A stretch of DNA of 64,000 nucleotides. Origin: an uncultured Flavobacteriaceae bacterium (lineage in GTDB: Bacteria > Bacteroidota > Bacteroidia > NS11-12g > UBA955). The notes under the pieces were generated by a model. That model was not told where the DNA came from and did not search any database. It was given only the letters and a program-made list of their open reading frames with translations. The translations under genes were made by a program, and so were the position numbers. The stretch is from the NCBI GenBank assembly GCA_964554385.1, contig CAZKOM010000004.1, positions 42 to 64,041 on the forward strand. Direction: 5' to 3'. Of the stretch, positions 1 through 8,014 are shown piece after piece (within the stretch, counting starts at the first letter, position 1; each line of letters starts with the position of its first letter).

Positions 1-20
1 ATCCCGCGATTTATGTTTTG

Positions 21-92
21 TAGCCCGTAGGGGAATCGAACCCCTCTTTCATCCGTGAAAGGGACGTGTCCTAACCGATAGACGAACGGGCC
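21..92 (-). tRNA. tRNA-Glu, anticodon TTC
   Basis: The reverse complement folds as a 72-nt cloverleaf. Acceptor GGCCCGT/ACGGGCT, T-arm AGGGG-TTCGATT-CCCCT, anticodon stem CGTCC/GGATG with loop CTTTCAC, so anticodon UUC. No CCA is encoded. Confidence 0.85.
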
Positions 93-106
93 ATCTAATG
101 GGGCTG

Positions 107-137
107 CAAATATAGCAATTATTTCAGATTTACCAAA
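107..137 (-). promoter_or_regulatory. Bacteroidetes sigma-A promoter for tRNA-Glu: -33 TTTG, 19-nt spacer, -7 TATATTTG
   Basis: On the minus strand the sequence reads tcTTTGgtaaatctgaaataattgcTATATTTGcagcc, 14 nt upstream of the tRNA 5' end. The -7 element matches the TAnnTTTG consensus with a 19-nt spacer. Confidence 0.5.
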
Positions 138-153
138 GACTTTCAGAAAAAAA

Positions 154-561
154 TCAATTTACGTTTTCGTAACGGGTAATTCCGCCATCGCCCCACAATT
201 CTTCCAATCGGTAGAATTGACGTTTTTCTTCAGAAAATACGTGCACAACTACGTTCACGTAATCCAACAATACCCACTCCGCTTCGTCACTACCCTCGCG
301 GTGTCTGGGCTTTTCGGCCAAGGCCTTTCTTACTTCTTCTTCAACGCTATCGGCCAAGGCATCTACCTGTCTTGCAGATCCACCATGACACAACACAAAA
401 AAATCGGCCATTGCAGACCCCGTTTTACGTAAATCTAAGGAACAAATATCCAATCCTTTTTTCTCCTGCAGTCCTTTTACTATTACCGCTACCAATGCTT
501 CCACCGGTGTATCGTTGCTCTTTTTAGCCATCAATGCTGTTAATTTGCTGCAAAGTAACAA
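154..561 (-). CDS. rsfS: ribosomal silencing factor RsfS (Iojap family)
   Basis: 135-aa ORF with RsfS hallmarks: GLDICSLDLRK, FFVLCHGGSARQVDAL, LLDYVNVVVHVF and EELW. The true start may be the internal MAKK Met at 531. Confidence 0.85.
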   Translation of the reverse strand: MLLCSKLTALMAKKSNDTPVEALVAVIVKGLQEKKGLDICSLDLRKTGSAMADFFVLCHGGSARQVDALADSVEEEVRKALAEKPRHREGSDEAEWVLLDYVNVVVHVFSEEKRQFYRLEELWGDGGITRYENVN

Positions 562-1352
562 CCATTTTGGCAGAAATTAACGTTTATTCCGATTTAGGAG
601 ATGCCGTTCTCTATTGGACAGCGTCGTGCACGTCTACGCAAGATGCTATTTTGGAGTTGTTGAATGTACCTAATAGCCCTTCCGTGATCGCTCTTTTTAC
701 CGGCAATCAAACCGCGGGTAGGGGCCAACGTGGAAATATTTGGACTTCCGTTCCCAATCAATCTCTGTCTTTAACCGTCGCTGTGTTTGTTGATGAAAAC
801 TTGGAACGCGATTGGGTGTTAACCAATAAAATAATTTCGACGTGTATTTGTGAAATCATCGAAGAAAAAATAGATGCACAAGTTCAATTGAAATGGCCGA
901 ACGATGTATTTGTATCCGATAAAAAACTGGGAGGAATGTTGATGCAAATTCATCAGGACTCTTCTGGCAAGTGGTTGTTAGTAGGTATTGGTTTAAATGT
1001 GGGGTCTGTACCGGAATCGGTTAATGATGTAGCAACCTATCTGAATGCACATACAGCAGAGGAGGTGTCGGTTTCAGAAATGGCGGAATTATTGGTAGTT
1101 CGAATAAAATCCTTAGTGATAAATCGTTTTTCAGATGTGTTCTATCTGGCTGGGTACAAAGAAAAATATCGACAAAAATTGTGGTGTGTAAACAGTGAGA
1201 TTACCTTGGATTTTTATGAAAACGAAAAGGTAGTGGAATCAAGTCGAGTTACTCTTTTGGATGTGGACGATGCGGGAAGATTGGTTATTGATACAGGCGA
1301 TCAAGCAGTTAAATCTTACCATCATGGCCAAGTGAGAATTGCCACGAAATAG
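534..1352 (+). CDS. birA: biotin--[acetyl-CoA-carboxylase] ligase (BirA, ligase-only type)
   Basis: Motifs GRGQRGNIW...SLSLTV and KWPNDV...KKLGGML match the BirA catalytic core, with an N-terminal S-TST motif. The start is ambiguous: ATG at 534, or TTG at 567. Confidence 0.75.
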   Translation: MLLICCKVTTILAEINVYSDLGDAVLYWTASCTSTQDAILELLNVPNSPSVIALFTGNQTAGRGQRGNIWTSVPNQSLSLTVAVFVDENLERDWVLTNKIISTCICEIIEEKIDAQVQLKWPNDVFVSDKKLGGMLMQIHQDSSGKWLLVGIGLNVGSVPESVNDVATYLNAHTAEEVSVSEMAELLVVRIKSLVINRFSDVFYLAGYKEKYRQKLWCVNSEITLDFYENEKVVESSRVTLLDVDDAGRLVIDTGDQAVKSYHHGQVRIATK

Positions 1353-1445
1353 TAATCTTTACTTTCCGTTTAAGAAATTAACCATAGATATTAAACCATT
1401 TTAACTATTTTGCAGTCTAAGTAAACGGTAGACAACAAAATAGCT

Positions 1446-3146
1446 ATGAATAGAAAGCACTTTTTTGAGTCGTTGCTGACGGGCAATAAAATCACTTCAT
1501 CGAAATCAATGCAGGATGAAGGAGATGTTTTAACCCAAAAGACAGTAAATAGACGAACAAATACGGGGATAGCGGAGTATACAGGCATCTTTGGTGATGC
1601 GGAGTTGATGCATCTGCTTCGCAGAAGTTTGTTTGGTGTATCGATGGGTGATATAAAGAAATTTAAAGGCAAAACACTTACTCAAGTGGTTGATACCTTG
1701 CTTACACCTGCTGTAACGCAGCCCAGTCCACCGGTGAATTATTACGGAAATCAAGTGAATGACCCTAATGTACCCTACGGTTCTACTTGGGTAAATGCTC
1801 CGTTGGATCCTAACGTAGAGCCCAATCGAAAAGGTGGGGTGAAAGCTTGGTTTTGGGGGTTGGCTGCTTTTCAAAATGCTGATTTGTTGCAGAAGATGGT
1901 TATGTTTTGGCACAATCATTTTGCCATTCAGTTTTTAGAAATACCAGATTCCAGGGCTTGTTATACCTATTTAAAAACGGTTCATACCCATGCATTGGGC
2001 AATTTTAAAGATTTAACAAAGGCGATTACGATTGACCCCGCAATGTTGTTTTACCTTAACGGTAGATTGAATACAAAACGCGCTCCGGACGAGAATTATG
2101 CCCGTGAGTTGCAAGAGTTATTCACCGTAGGAAAGGGCCCCAATTCCAAATTTACTGAAGACGATGTAAAGGAAATGGCGAAAATCTTAACGGGATGGTC
2201 TATCAATCCATTAACCAATCCCTTTTCCACAGCATTTGTTGCTACCAATCACGATACTACCGATAAAAAATTGTCTTCGTTTTATGGGAATGTAACTATT
2301 AAGGGTAGAACCGGAATAACCGCAGGAGAAGATGAACTCAATGATTTGTTAACGGCCATTTTTGCGGTGGATGAAACGGCGTTGTATTTGTGCAGAAAGC
2401 TATACAAATTCTTTGTTTATTACGACATTGATGACACCGTAGAAACCAACGTTATTGTGCCCCTAGCAAAAGTCTTTAAAGATTCAGGGTACGATATTAA
2501 AACGGTTTTAAAAACACTATTAAAGAGTGAACATTTCTTTGACAATTGGAATCGCGGCTGCATAATTAAAGATCCAATTTCTCAGCAAGCCGGTTTTTGC
2601 AGACAAATGGAGGTGAAATTCCCCAATTCCACTGATTATTTCTTGTATTATCAAATGATGTACTTGGGATTAGCCTTTGGGGAGTTAACACAAATGAATT
2701 ACGGGGATCCGCCAAACGTTGCGGGTTGGCCAGCTTGGTACCAAAAGCCATTGTATCACCGATCTTGGATTAACAGCGATACACTGCCTAAACGAAATCA
2801 GTTTACCGATTATTTATTATATATCGGACATAAAGTGGGGTCGTTTACGTTAATGGCAGATCCTTGGATTGTTGTAAAACAAATGTCCAACCCCGGTGTT
2901 GCCGATGATTTGTTGTCCGAGACCATTTCCTTTTTGGTACCGGAAGATTTAACCACTACACAAAAAGCTAATTTAAAAGCAATTTTGTTACCTGGAGGAA
3001 TTCCAGATTACAACTGGGCCGATGAATATCGTGCGGCAACAACTCCATCGGACCCCAATTATAGTACCTCTTTGGTTTCTGTTACGGCGAAGCTAAAGGC
3101 GTTATTTAAAGCAATCATGAATCTTTCCGAATATCAATTGTCATAA
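1446..3146 (+). CDS. DUF1800 family protein
   Basis: 566-aa ORF with the N-terminal LMHLLRRSLFG motif typical of DUF1800. It is immediately followed by a DUF1501 gene, the canonical pairing. Confidence 0.6.
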   Translation: MNRKHFFESLLTGNKITSSKSMQDEGDVLTQKTVNRRTNTGIAEYTGIFGDAELMHLLRRSLFGVSMGDIKKFKGKTLTQVVDTLLTPAVTQPSPPVNYYGNQVNDPNVPYGSTWVNAPLDPNVEPNRKGGVKAWFWGLAAFQNADLLQKMVMFWHNHFAIQFLEIPDSRACYTYLKTVHTHALGNFKDLTKAITIDPAMLFYLNGRLNTKRAPDENYARELQELFTVGKGPNSKFTEDDVKEMAKILTGWSINPLTNPFSTAFVATNHDTTDKKLSSFYGNVTIKGRTGITAGEDELNDLLTAIFAVDETALYLCRKLYKFFVYYDIDDTVETNVIVPLAKVFKDSGYDIKTVLKTLLKSEHFFDNWNRGCIIKDPISQQAGFCRQMEVKFPNSTDYFLYYQMMYLGLAFGELTQMNYGDPPNVAGWPAWYQKPLYHRSWINSDTLPKRNQFTDYLLYIGHKVGSFTLMADPWIVVKQMSNPGVADDLLSETISFLVPEDLTTTQKANLKAILLPGGIPDYNWADEYRAATTPSDPNYSTSLVSVTAKLKALFKAIMNLSEYQLS

Positions 3147-3154
3147 ACACGGAG

Positions 3155-4747
3155 ATGAAAAGAAGAAGTTTTGTTAAAAGTGCAGCAGCGGCAGGAACGC
3201 TAATGCCATTCACACTGAGTGGAATGGGGGTGAAAACTTACGAGGACTCACCTTTGTTACAAGTTCTTGGAAGAAGGGCCGGTGCTACGGATAAAATACT
3301 GGTAATAATTCAGTTAAACGGTGGAAATGATGGTATAAATACCTTGATACCTACCGATCAGTATAGTAATTTAAGTAAGGCCAGAAGCAACGTTTTAATC
3401 CAAGAAAGTAAGGTGTTGTCGTTATCGGGTAAAACGGGGGTAGGTTTACATCCGAAGTTAACGGGGTTGCGTGATATGTACAATGCCGGTTTAGTAAGTG
3501 CGGTGCAGTGTGTAGGGTATCCTCAACCTAATTTTTCTCACTTTCGATCTACGGATATTTGGATGAGTGGATCTAATGCCGATGAGGTGTTTACCACCGG
3601 ATGGATGGGTAGATATTTAGACATGGCTTATCCCGAATTTCCGGATAAATATCCCAATGCCACTATGCCAGATCCATTGGCCATTCAAATCGGTCAGGTT
3701 GTAGGATTACAGTATATGGGTCCTACCGTTACCATGGGAATGGCAATTACCGACCCTTCTACTTTTTACGAATTGGTAGACGGGACAACCGGACAAACTC
3801 CAAGTACCCCTTATGGAGATGAATTGGCCTTTTTACGATTAGTAACGCAGCAAACAAACCAATATGCCGATGTAATTAAGGCAGCTGCTTCCAAGGGTAA
3901 GAATTTGTCTACCAAGTACACAACTCCAGGTAGAAACTCTAGCTTATCGGATCAACTAAAAATTGTTGCAAAATTAATTAACGGCGGATTGAAAACACCT
4001 GTTTATATGGTGAGTTTGGGTGGGTTTGATACGCATAGTCAACAAGTTGACACCTCCGATACCTCCAATGGTTCCCATGCAACTTTGATGCAGCAATTGG
4101 GCGATGCTATTGCCGCTTTTCAGGACGATTTAAAGCTGATGGGTATTCAAGATCGCGTTGCGGGAATGACCTTTTCCGAGTTTGGCAGAAGGGTAATGAG
4201 CAATGCAAGCGATGGTACTGATCACGGTGCCGCCGCTCCTTTGTTTGTTTTTGGTACATCGGTTCAACCGGGAATTATTGGTAGTAACCCTACTATTGCA
4301 TCGACTGTGACTGTTAACGATAATTTACCAATGCAATTTGATTTTAGACAAGTGTATGCTTCGGTGTTGCAAGATTGGTTTGGTTTAACGGATACCGAGC
4401 TGAAAGTGGCCATGGGGAATAAGGATTTTAATACGTTACCGATATTCAAAAACAACAAGGCCAAGATTGAAGATTATGTGGACTTAGTGAGTAGAATTTC
4501 GCTGAATGCAATCTATCCAAATCCACACCGTGGTAGAGTAAGTGTAGATTATTTCACGGAGTCGGGCAATTTGCAATTATGCATTTTTGATGCCCGTGGT
4601 ACTTTGATAGATACTGTAGTTTCTGGATGGCATCCCCATGGATCATACACCGTTCAAATCGATACAACTCAGTATGGTCCAGGAAATTACTTTGTGCAAT
4701 TATCACAAGGAGAAAAGCGATTTACTGAAGTTTTATTGGTTCCATAG
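3155..4747 (+). CDS. DUF1501 (sulfatase-like) protein with Tat signal and T9SS C-terminal sorting domain
   Basis: The N-terminus MKRRSFVKSAAAAGTL is a twin-arginine motif. The middle has GGFDTHSQQ and DHG metal-site-like motifs. The last ~80 aa (YPNPHRGRVSVDYF...CIFDARGTLIDTV...GSYTVQIDT...GPGNYFVQL) match the Por/T9SS secretion tail pattern. Confidence 0.65.
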   Translation: MKRRSFVKSAAAAGTLMPFTLSGMGVKTYEDSPLLQVLGRRAGATDKILVIIQLNGGNDGINTLIPTDQYSNLSKARSNVLIQESKVLSLSGKTGVGLHPKLTGLRDMYNAGLVSAVQCVGYPQPNFSHFRSTDIWMSGSNADEVFTTGWMGRYLDMAYPEFPDKYPNATMPDPLAIQIGQVVGLQYMGPTVTMGMAITDPSTFYELVDGTTGQTPSTPYGDELAFLRLVTQQTNQYADVIKAAASKGKNLSTKYTTPGRNSSLSDQLKIVAKLINGGLKTPVYMVSLGGFDTHSQQVDTSDTSNGSHATLMQQLGDAIAAFQDDLKLMGIQDRVAGMTFSEFGRRVMSNASDGTDHGAAAPLFVFGTSVQPGIIGSNPTIASTVTVNDNLPMQFDFRQVYASVLQDWFGLTDTELKVAMGNKDFNTLPIFKNNKAKIEDYVDLVSRISLNAIYPNPHRGRVSVDYFTESGNLQLCIFDARGTLIDTVVSGWHPHGSYTVQIDTTQYGPGNYFVQLSQGEKRFTEVLLVP

Positions 4748-4790
4748 ATTGTTTTTCTATCGATTAATTGAATTTTTTTAAAATAGTTGG

Positions 4791-4819
4791 GTTGAAATTG
4801 GTATAAATTGCTATATTTG
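4791..4819 (+). promoter_or_regulatory. putative sigma-A promoter for tRNA-Gln: -7 TATATTTG at 4812-4819, weak -33 GTTG
   Basis: The 14-mer ATTGCTATATTTGC upstream of the tRNA is shared with the tRNA-Glu promoter. The -7 element lies 11 nt upstream of the tRNA 5' end. Confidence 0.4.
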
Positions 4820-4830
4820 CGACCCCAAAT

Positions 4831-4902
4831 TGCCCTATCGTCTAATTGGCAGGACAGCAGATTTTGGTTCTGTACGTCTAGGTTCGAGTCCTAGTAGGGC
4901 AA
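4831..4902 (+). tRNA. tRNA-Gln, anticodon TTG
   Basis: 72-nt cloverleaf: acceptor TGCCCTA/TAGGGCA with the U1:A72 pair typical of bacterial tRNA-Gln, T-arm CTAGG-TTCGAGT-CCTAG, and anticodon loop TTTTGGT giving UUG. Confidence 0.85.
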
Positions 4903-4966
4903 CAAACAGTAGGTTTGATGATATCCTCGCCGATATTGGTGTTGAGAGACAGTAAAATCGAATTTT

Positions 4967-5944
4967 ATGACATCGTTAATACATCCCGTTAAAATTTTTT
5001 CTGGAACTGCGTCTTCCGCGTTAACCACCAGTATTTGTGAGTATTATGGATCCACTCCAGGCGATATGTCTGTAGCTCGGTTCAGTGATGGTGAATTTCA
5101 GCCAAACTTCAACGAAAGTGTACGTGGCTGTGATGTGTTCATAGTGCAAAGCACCTATCCATCATCGGATAATTTATTTGAGTTATTGATGGCCATCGAT
5201 GCGGCTAAACGTGCGAGTGCCAACTACATTACTGCAGTTATTCCCTATTATGGTTTTGCTCGTCAGGACAGAAAAGATAAACCCAGGGTTTCTATTGCTT
5301 CTAAATTGGTTGCAGATTTATTGAGCACAGCCGGGGCAAATCGGGTAATGACCATGGAATTACATGCTCCTCAGATTCAAGGTTTTTTTAATGTGCCAGT
5401 GGATCACTTGGAGGCTTCAATCATATTTGCTCCGTATATCAAGAATTTACCGCAAGATAATTTAGTATTAGCGGCTCCGGATGTAGGTTCCAGTAATCGT
5501 ATACGCGAAGTAGCGAAGATTTTGAACCTGCCGATGGTTATTTGCGATAAAGAGCGTAAGCGTGCTAATGAAATTGCGAATATGACGGTGATTGGTGATG
5601 TTGATGGTAAGGATGTTGTGTTAATTGATGATATCATTGATACGGGTGGAACCTTGTGTAAGGCTGCTTCAATGTTAACCGAAAAGGGTGCAAAGAGTGT
5701 GCGTGCTCTTTGTTGTCATCCAGTGTTGAGTGGTAAAGCGTATGAGAACATTAACAACTCAATATTAACCGAGTTGGTGGTGACCGATACCATTCCATTA
5801 AAAGGGAAATCGGATAAAATTAAAGTATTATCGGTGGCTCCATTGTTCGCAAGAGCAATTCGTAACGTGCATGAAAACGGAAGTATTAGTTCTCTTTTCA
5901 AGCAGGCCATTGCCAATCAAACCAATATTGATTTTAACAAGTAA
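4967..5944 (+). CDS. prs: ribose-phosphate pyrophosphokinase (PRPP synthetase)
   Basis: 325 aa. IKIFSGTAS...FSDGE, YGFARQDRKDKPR and VLIDDIIDTGGTL are diagnostic of Prs. Confidence 0.9.
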   Translation: MTSLIHPVKIFSGTASSALTTSICEYYGSTPGDMSVARFSDGEFQPNFNESVRGCDVFIVQSTYPSSDNLFELLMAIDAAKRASANYITAVIPYYGFARQDRKDKPRVSIASKLVADLLSTAGANRVMTMELHAPQIQGFFNVPVDHLEASIIFAPYIKNLPQDNLVLAAPDVGSSNRIREVAKILNLPMVICDKERKRANEIANMTVIGDVDGKDVVLIDDIIDTGGTLCKAASMLTEKGAKSVRALCCHPVLSGKAYENINNSILTELVVTDTIPLKGKSDKIKVLSVAPLFARAIRNVHENGSISSLFKQAIANQTNIDFNK

Positions 5945-5965
5945 AAATAATTTAGAAAGAATATT

Positions 5966-6544
5966 ATGAAAACCATTTTATTAAAAGGTGAAGTTAGAAG
6001 TGAGGTAGGAAGCCGCACGGCTAAGGTTTTGCGCAGTGAAGGTCAAGTACCTTGCGTATTGTATGGAACAGGTGGAGAAAACGTAAATTTTGCTGTTTAT
6101 CAGGCCGATTTCAAGAATTTAGTTTACACTCCAAACGTGTATAAAGTGAAGTTGGACTTAGGTTCTAACACATACGATGCAGTTTTGCAAGATATTCAGT
6201 TTCACCCAGTAAGTGATATCATTTTACATTGCGATTTCTTAGCGGTTGACGCTTCAAAGAAGGTAGTAATGGAAATTCCAGTTCGCGTTGTAGGTAACTC
6301 TCCAGGGGTTCGTGCGGGTGGTAAAATGGTGAAGAAAATCAACCGTTTACGTGTTAGAGGTTTGGTTCAAAATTTACCTGATTATATCGATGTTAGCATT
6401 GATACGTTAGAAATCGGTCAGAGTGCTAAAGTTGCCAACTTAACCGTTGAAGGATTTGAAATTTTGGATGCACCAGCTAATGCTATTGTGACCATCAAAA
6501 CTACTCGTGCACTTATGCAGGCTGCTGCGGACGCGAGAAAATAA
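5966..6544 (+). CDS. rplY: 50S ribosomal protein L25 / general stress protein Ctc
   Basis: 192 aa. The N-terminus LKGEVRSEVGSRTAKVLRSEGQVPCVLYG is the L25 signature, and the gene sits in the conserved prs-rplY order. Confidence 0.85.
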   Translation: MKTILLKGEVRSEVGSRTAKVLRSEGQVPCVLYGTGGENVNFAVYQADFKNLVYTPNVYKVKLDLGSNTYDAVLQDIQFHPVSDIILHCDFLAVDASKKVVMEIPVRVVGNSPGVRAGGKMVKKINRLRVRGLVQNLPDYIDVSIDTLEIGQSAKVANLTVEGFEILDAPANAIVTIKTTRALMQAAADARK

Positions 6545-6560
6545 TTTTAACAAATTATTT

Positions 6561-6600
6561 AGTAAAAGGGGCGGCTTCTTTCGAGGCCGCCCCTTTATAT
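6561..6600. terminator. bidirectional rho-independent terminator between rplY and the convergent sod gene
   Basis: GGGGCGGCTTC-tttc-GAGGCCGCCCC forms an 11-bp GC-rich stem with a 4-nt loop. It is followed by a T-run on the plus strand (TTTATATTTT) and preceded by an A-run (a T-run on the minus strand). Confidence 0.8.
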
Positions 6601-6659
6601 TTTATGTAAATCAACGTTAATTTTAACTTTAAGTTGATTATTGATTTCTGAAAGAAAAA

Positions 6660-7268
6660 TTATCCGTTGATCGCTTTTTGGTACAAATCGGATACAGCTG
6701 ACCAATTAACTACATTCCAAAACGCAGCAATATAATCAGGTCTGCGGTTCTGGTAGTTTAAATAGTACGCATGTTCCCAAACGTCTAAACCAAGAATTGG
6801 AGTTCCTTTAACATCGGCAATGTTCATCAATGGATTATCTTGGTTTGGGGTGCTAGTAATTACCAATTTGCCATCGTGTACAATTAACCAAGCCCAACCG
6901 GATCCAAATCGTGTGGTTCCAGCGGCGTTGAACTGTTCTTTCATGGCTGCGAATGAACCGAATTGATTATTTATAGCTGCTAATAAATCTCCTGTTGGTT
7001 CACCGCCAGCGTTTGGACCCATTATGCTCCAGAAGAACGTATGGTTCCAATGTCCACCACCATTATTTCTTACAGCCATGCTGTAATCGCTAATGTTCAA
7101 TAGAATTTCTTCCAACGTTTTGGTTTCTAACTCAGTACCTTTAATAGCGTTATTAAGGTTGTTTACATAAGCCTGATGGTGTTTTCCGTGGTGGATTTCC
7201 ATCGTTTTTGCATCAATGTGTGGTTCAAGTGCATTGTGCGAATAAGGCAAGGGAGCTAATTCAAACAT
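6660..7268 (-). CDS. Fe/Mn-family superoxide dismutase
   Basis: MFELAPLPY...[14 protein letters not shown] and DVWEHAYYL...RRPDY motifs. The start is taken at the internal MFEL Met; the ORF track extends it to 7298. Confidence 0.9.
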   Translation of the reverse strand: MFELAPLPYSHNALEPHIDAKTMEIHHGKHHQAYVNNLNNAIKGTELETKTLEEILLNISDYSMAVRNNGGGHWNHTFFWSIMGPNAGGEPTGDLLAAINNQFGSFAAMKEQFNAAGTTRFGSGWAWLIVHDGKLVITSTPNQDNPLMNIADVKGTPILGLDVWEHAYYLNYQNRRPDYIAAFWNVVNWSAVSDLYQKAING

Positions 7269-7381
7269 GGTTTTAGTGATTATGATTATTAAACACAAAA
7301 TTACACTAAAGGGTTTTCTTTTTATACATTAAATGCCTTTGTTTCATACTTGTTAGATTTGTAGTAAGTATTTTCTAGAAT

Positions 7382-8014
7382 TTGGACCTGTTTTTTCAAT
7401 ATATCGAAGTATTTTCTGCGGTTCTCGCCTTGCTCTGTGTTTGGTTGGCTGCCATTAATCATGTTTTTAATTGGCCAACGGCTATGCTTAGTTCTTTGGG
7501 TTATATCGTAGTATTCTATCAATCTCAACTGTATTCTGATGCTTTTTTAAATGTTGTTTTTTTAATATTTCAAACATACGGGTGGCTTACTTGGCGAAAT
7601 TCACCCCAAACCGGACCTAGTTCGATGAACGGAAAAACGGTTATTCAATTAATTTTGGTATTGGGATTAATTTATTGGCCTTGGGTTGTGTTTATTACTC
7701 AATACTTACCCCATATTCCTCAATGGCTTTTTGGCGATTCTGCGGGTATTCTTTTGCCACCAAAATACCCTTGGTTGGATGCTGCTTTAATGTTATTGAG
7801 CGTTTTAGCGCTTATTATGCAGTCTAAACGCTGGATAGAACATTGGTACCTTTGGATTTTGGTAGATTTATTTTACGTTCCCATCTATTACTTATCCGGT
7901 AATACCATTACATCCGCTTTGTACTTTTTGTATATCGGCTTAGCAATTTATGGTTACTACCAGTGGTTGCGGATTAAGAATCTGAATCATCCGGCATATA
8001 CATTAGAGAACTAA
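7382..8014 (+). CDS. pnuC: nicotinamide riboside transporter PnuC family membrane protein
   Basis: 210 aa with about 7 TM helices. The N-terminus (IEVFSAVLALLCVWLA...FNWP) and the W/Y-rich QTYGWLTW motif resemble PnuC. Confidence 0.6.
   Translation: MDLFFQYIEVFSAVLALLCVWLAAINHVFNWPTAMLSSLGYIVVFYQSQLYSDAFLNVVFLIFQTYGWLTWRNSPQTGPSSMNGKTVIQLILVLGLIYWPWVVFITQYLPHIPQWLFGDSAGILLPPKYPWLDAALMLLSVLALIMQSKRWIEHWYLWILVDLFYVPIYYLSGNTITSALYFLYIGLAIYGYYQWLRIKNLNHPAYTLEN

Noticed and set aside
217-432. Small antisense or overlapping ORFs listed in the six-frame track: 217-432, 1391-1672, 1530-1919, 2566-2751, 4264-4464, 5404-5637, 5716-5916, 7322-7528, 9193-9450, 11407-11739, 11564-11761, 12887-13114, 17332-17565, 19487-19705, 20268-20462, 20892-21143, 22400-22612, 24249-24992, 25893-26372, 26809-27224, 31165-31647, 37228-37649, 37857-38057, 44069-45082, 46529-46960, 47989-48180, 48894-49205, 50120-50901, 52875-53132, 54504-55718, 56255-56966, 57831-58055, 58264-58695, 59248-59439, 60434-61245, 61648-61956, 62290-62511, 62719-62952.
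   Set aside because: Each lies inside or antisense to a longer ORF with clear family signatures, or has low-complexity translation with no recognisable motif. They were treated as frame-shadow artefacts.
6612-6650. Imperfect inverted repeat ATCAACGTTAA...TTAAGTTGAT just downstream of the sod gene stop.
   Set aside because: AT-rich, with an indel in the stem and low predicted stability. The adjacent GC-rich hairpin at 6561-6600 already serves as a bidirectional terminator.
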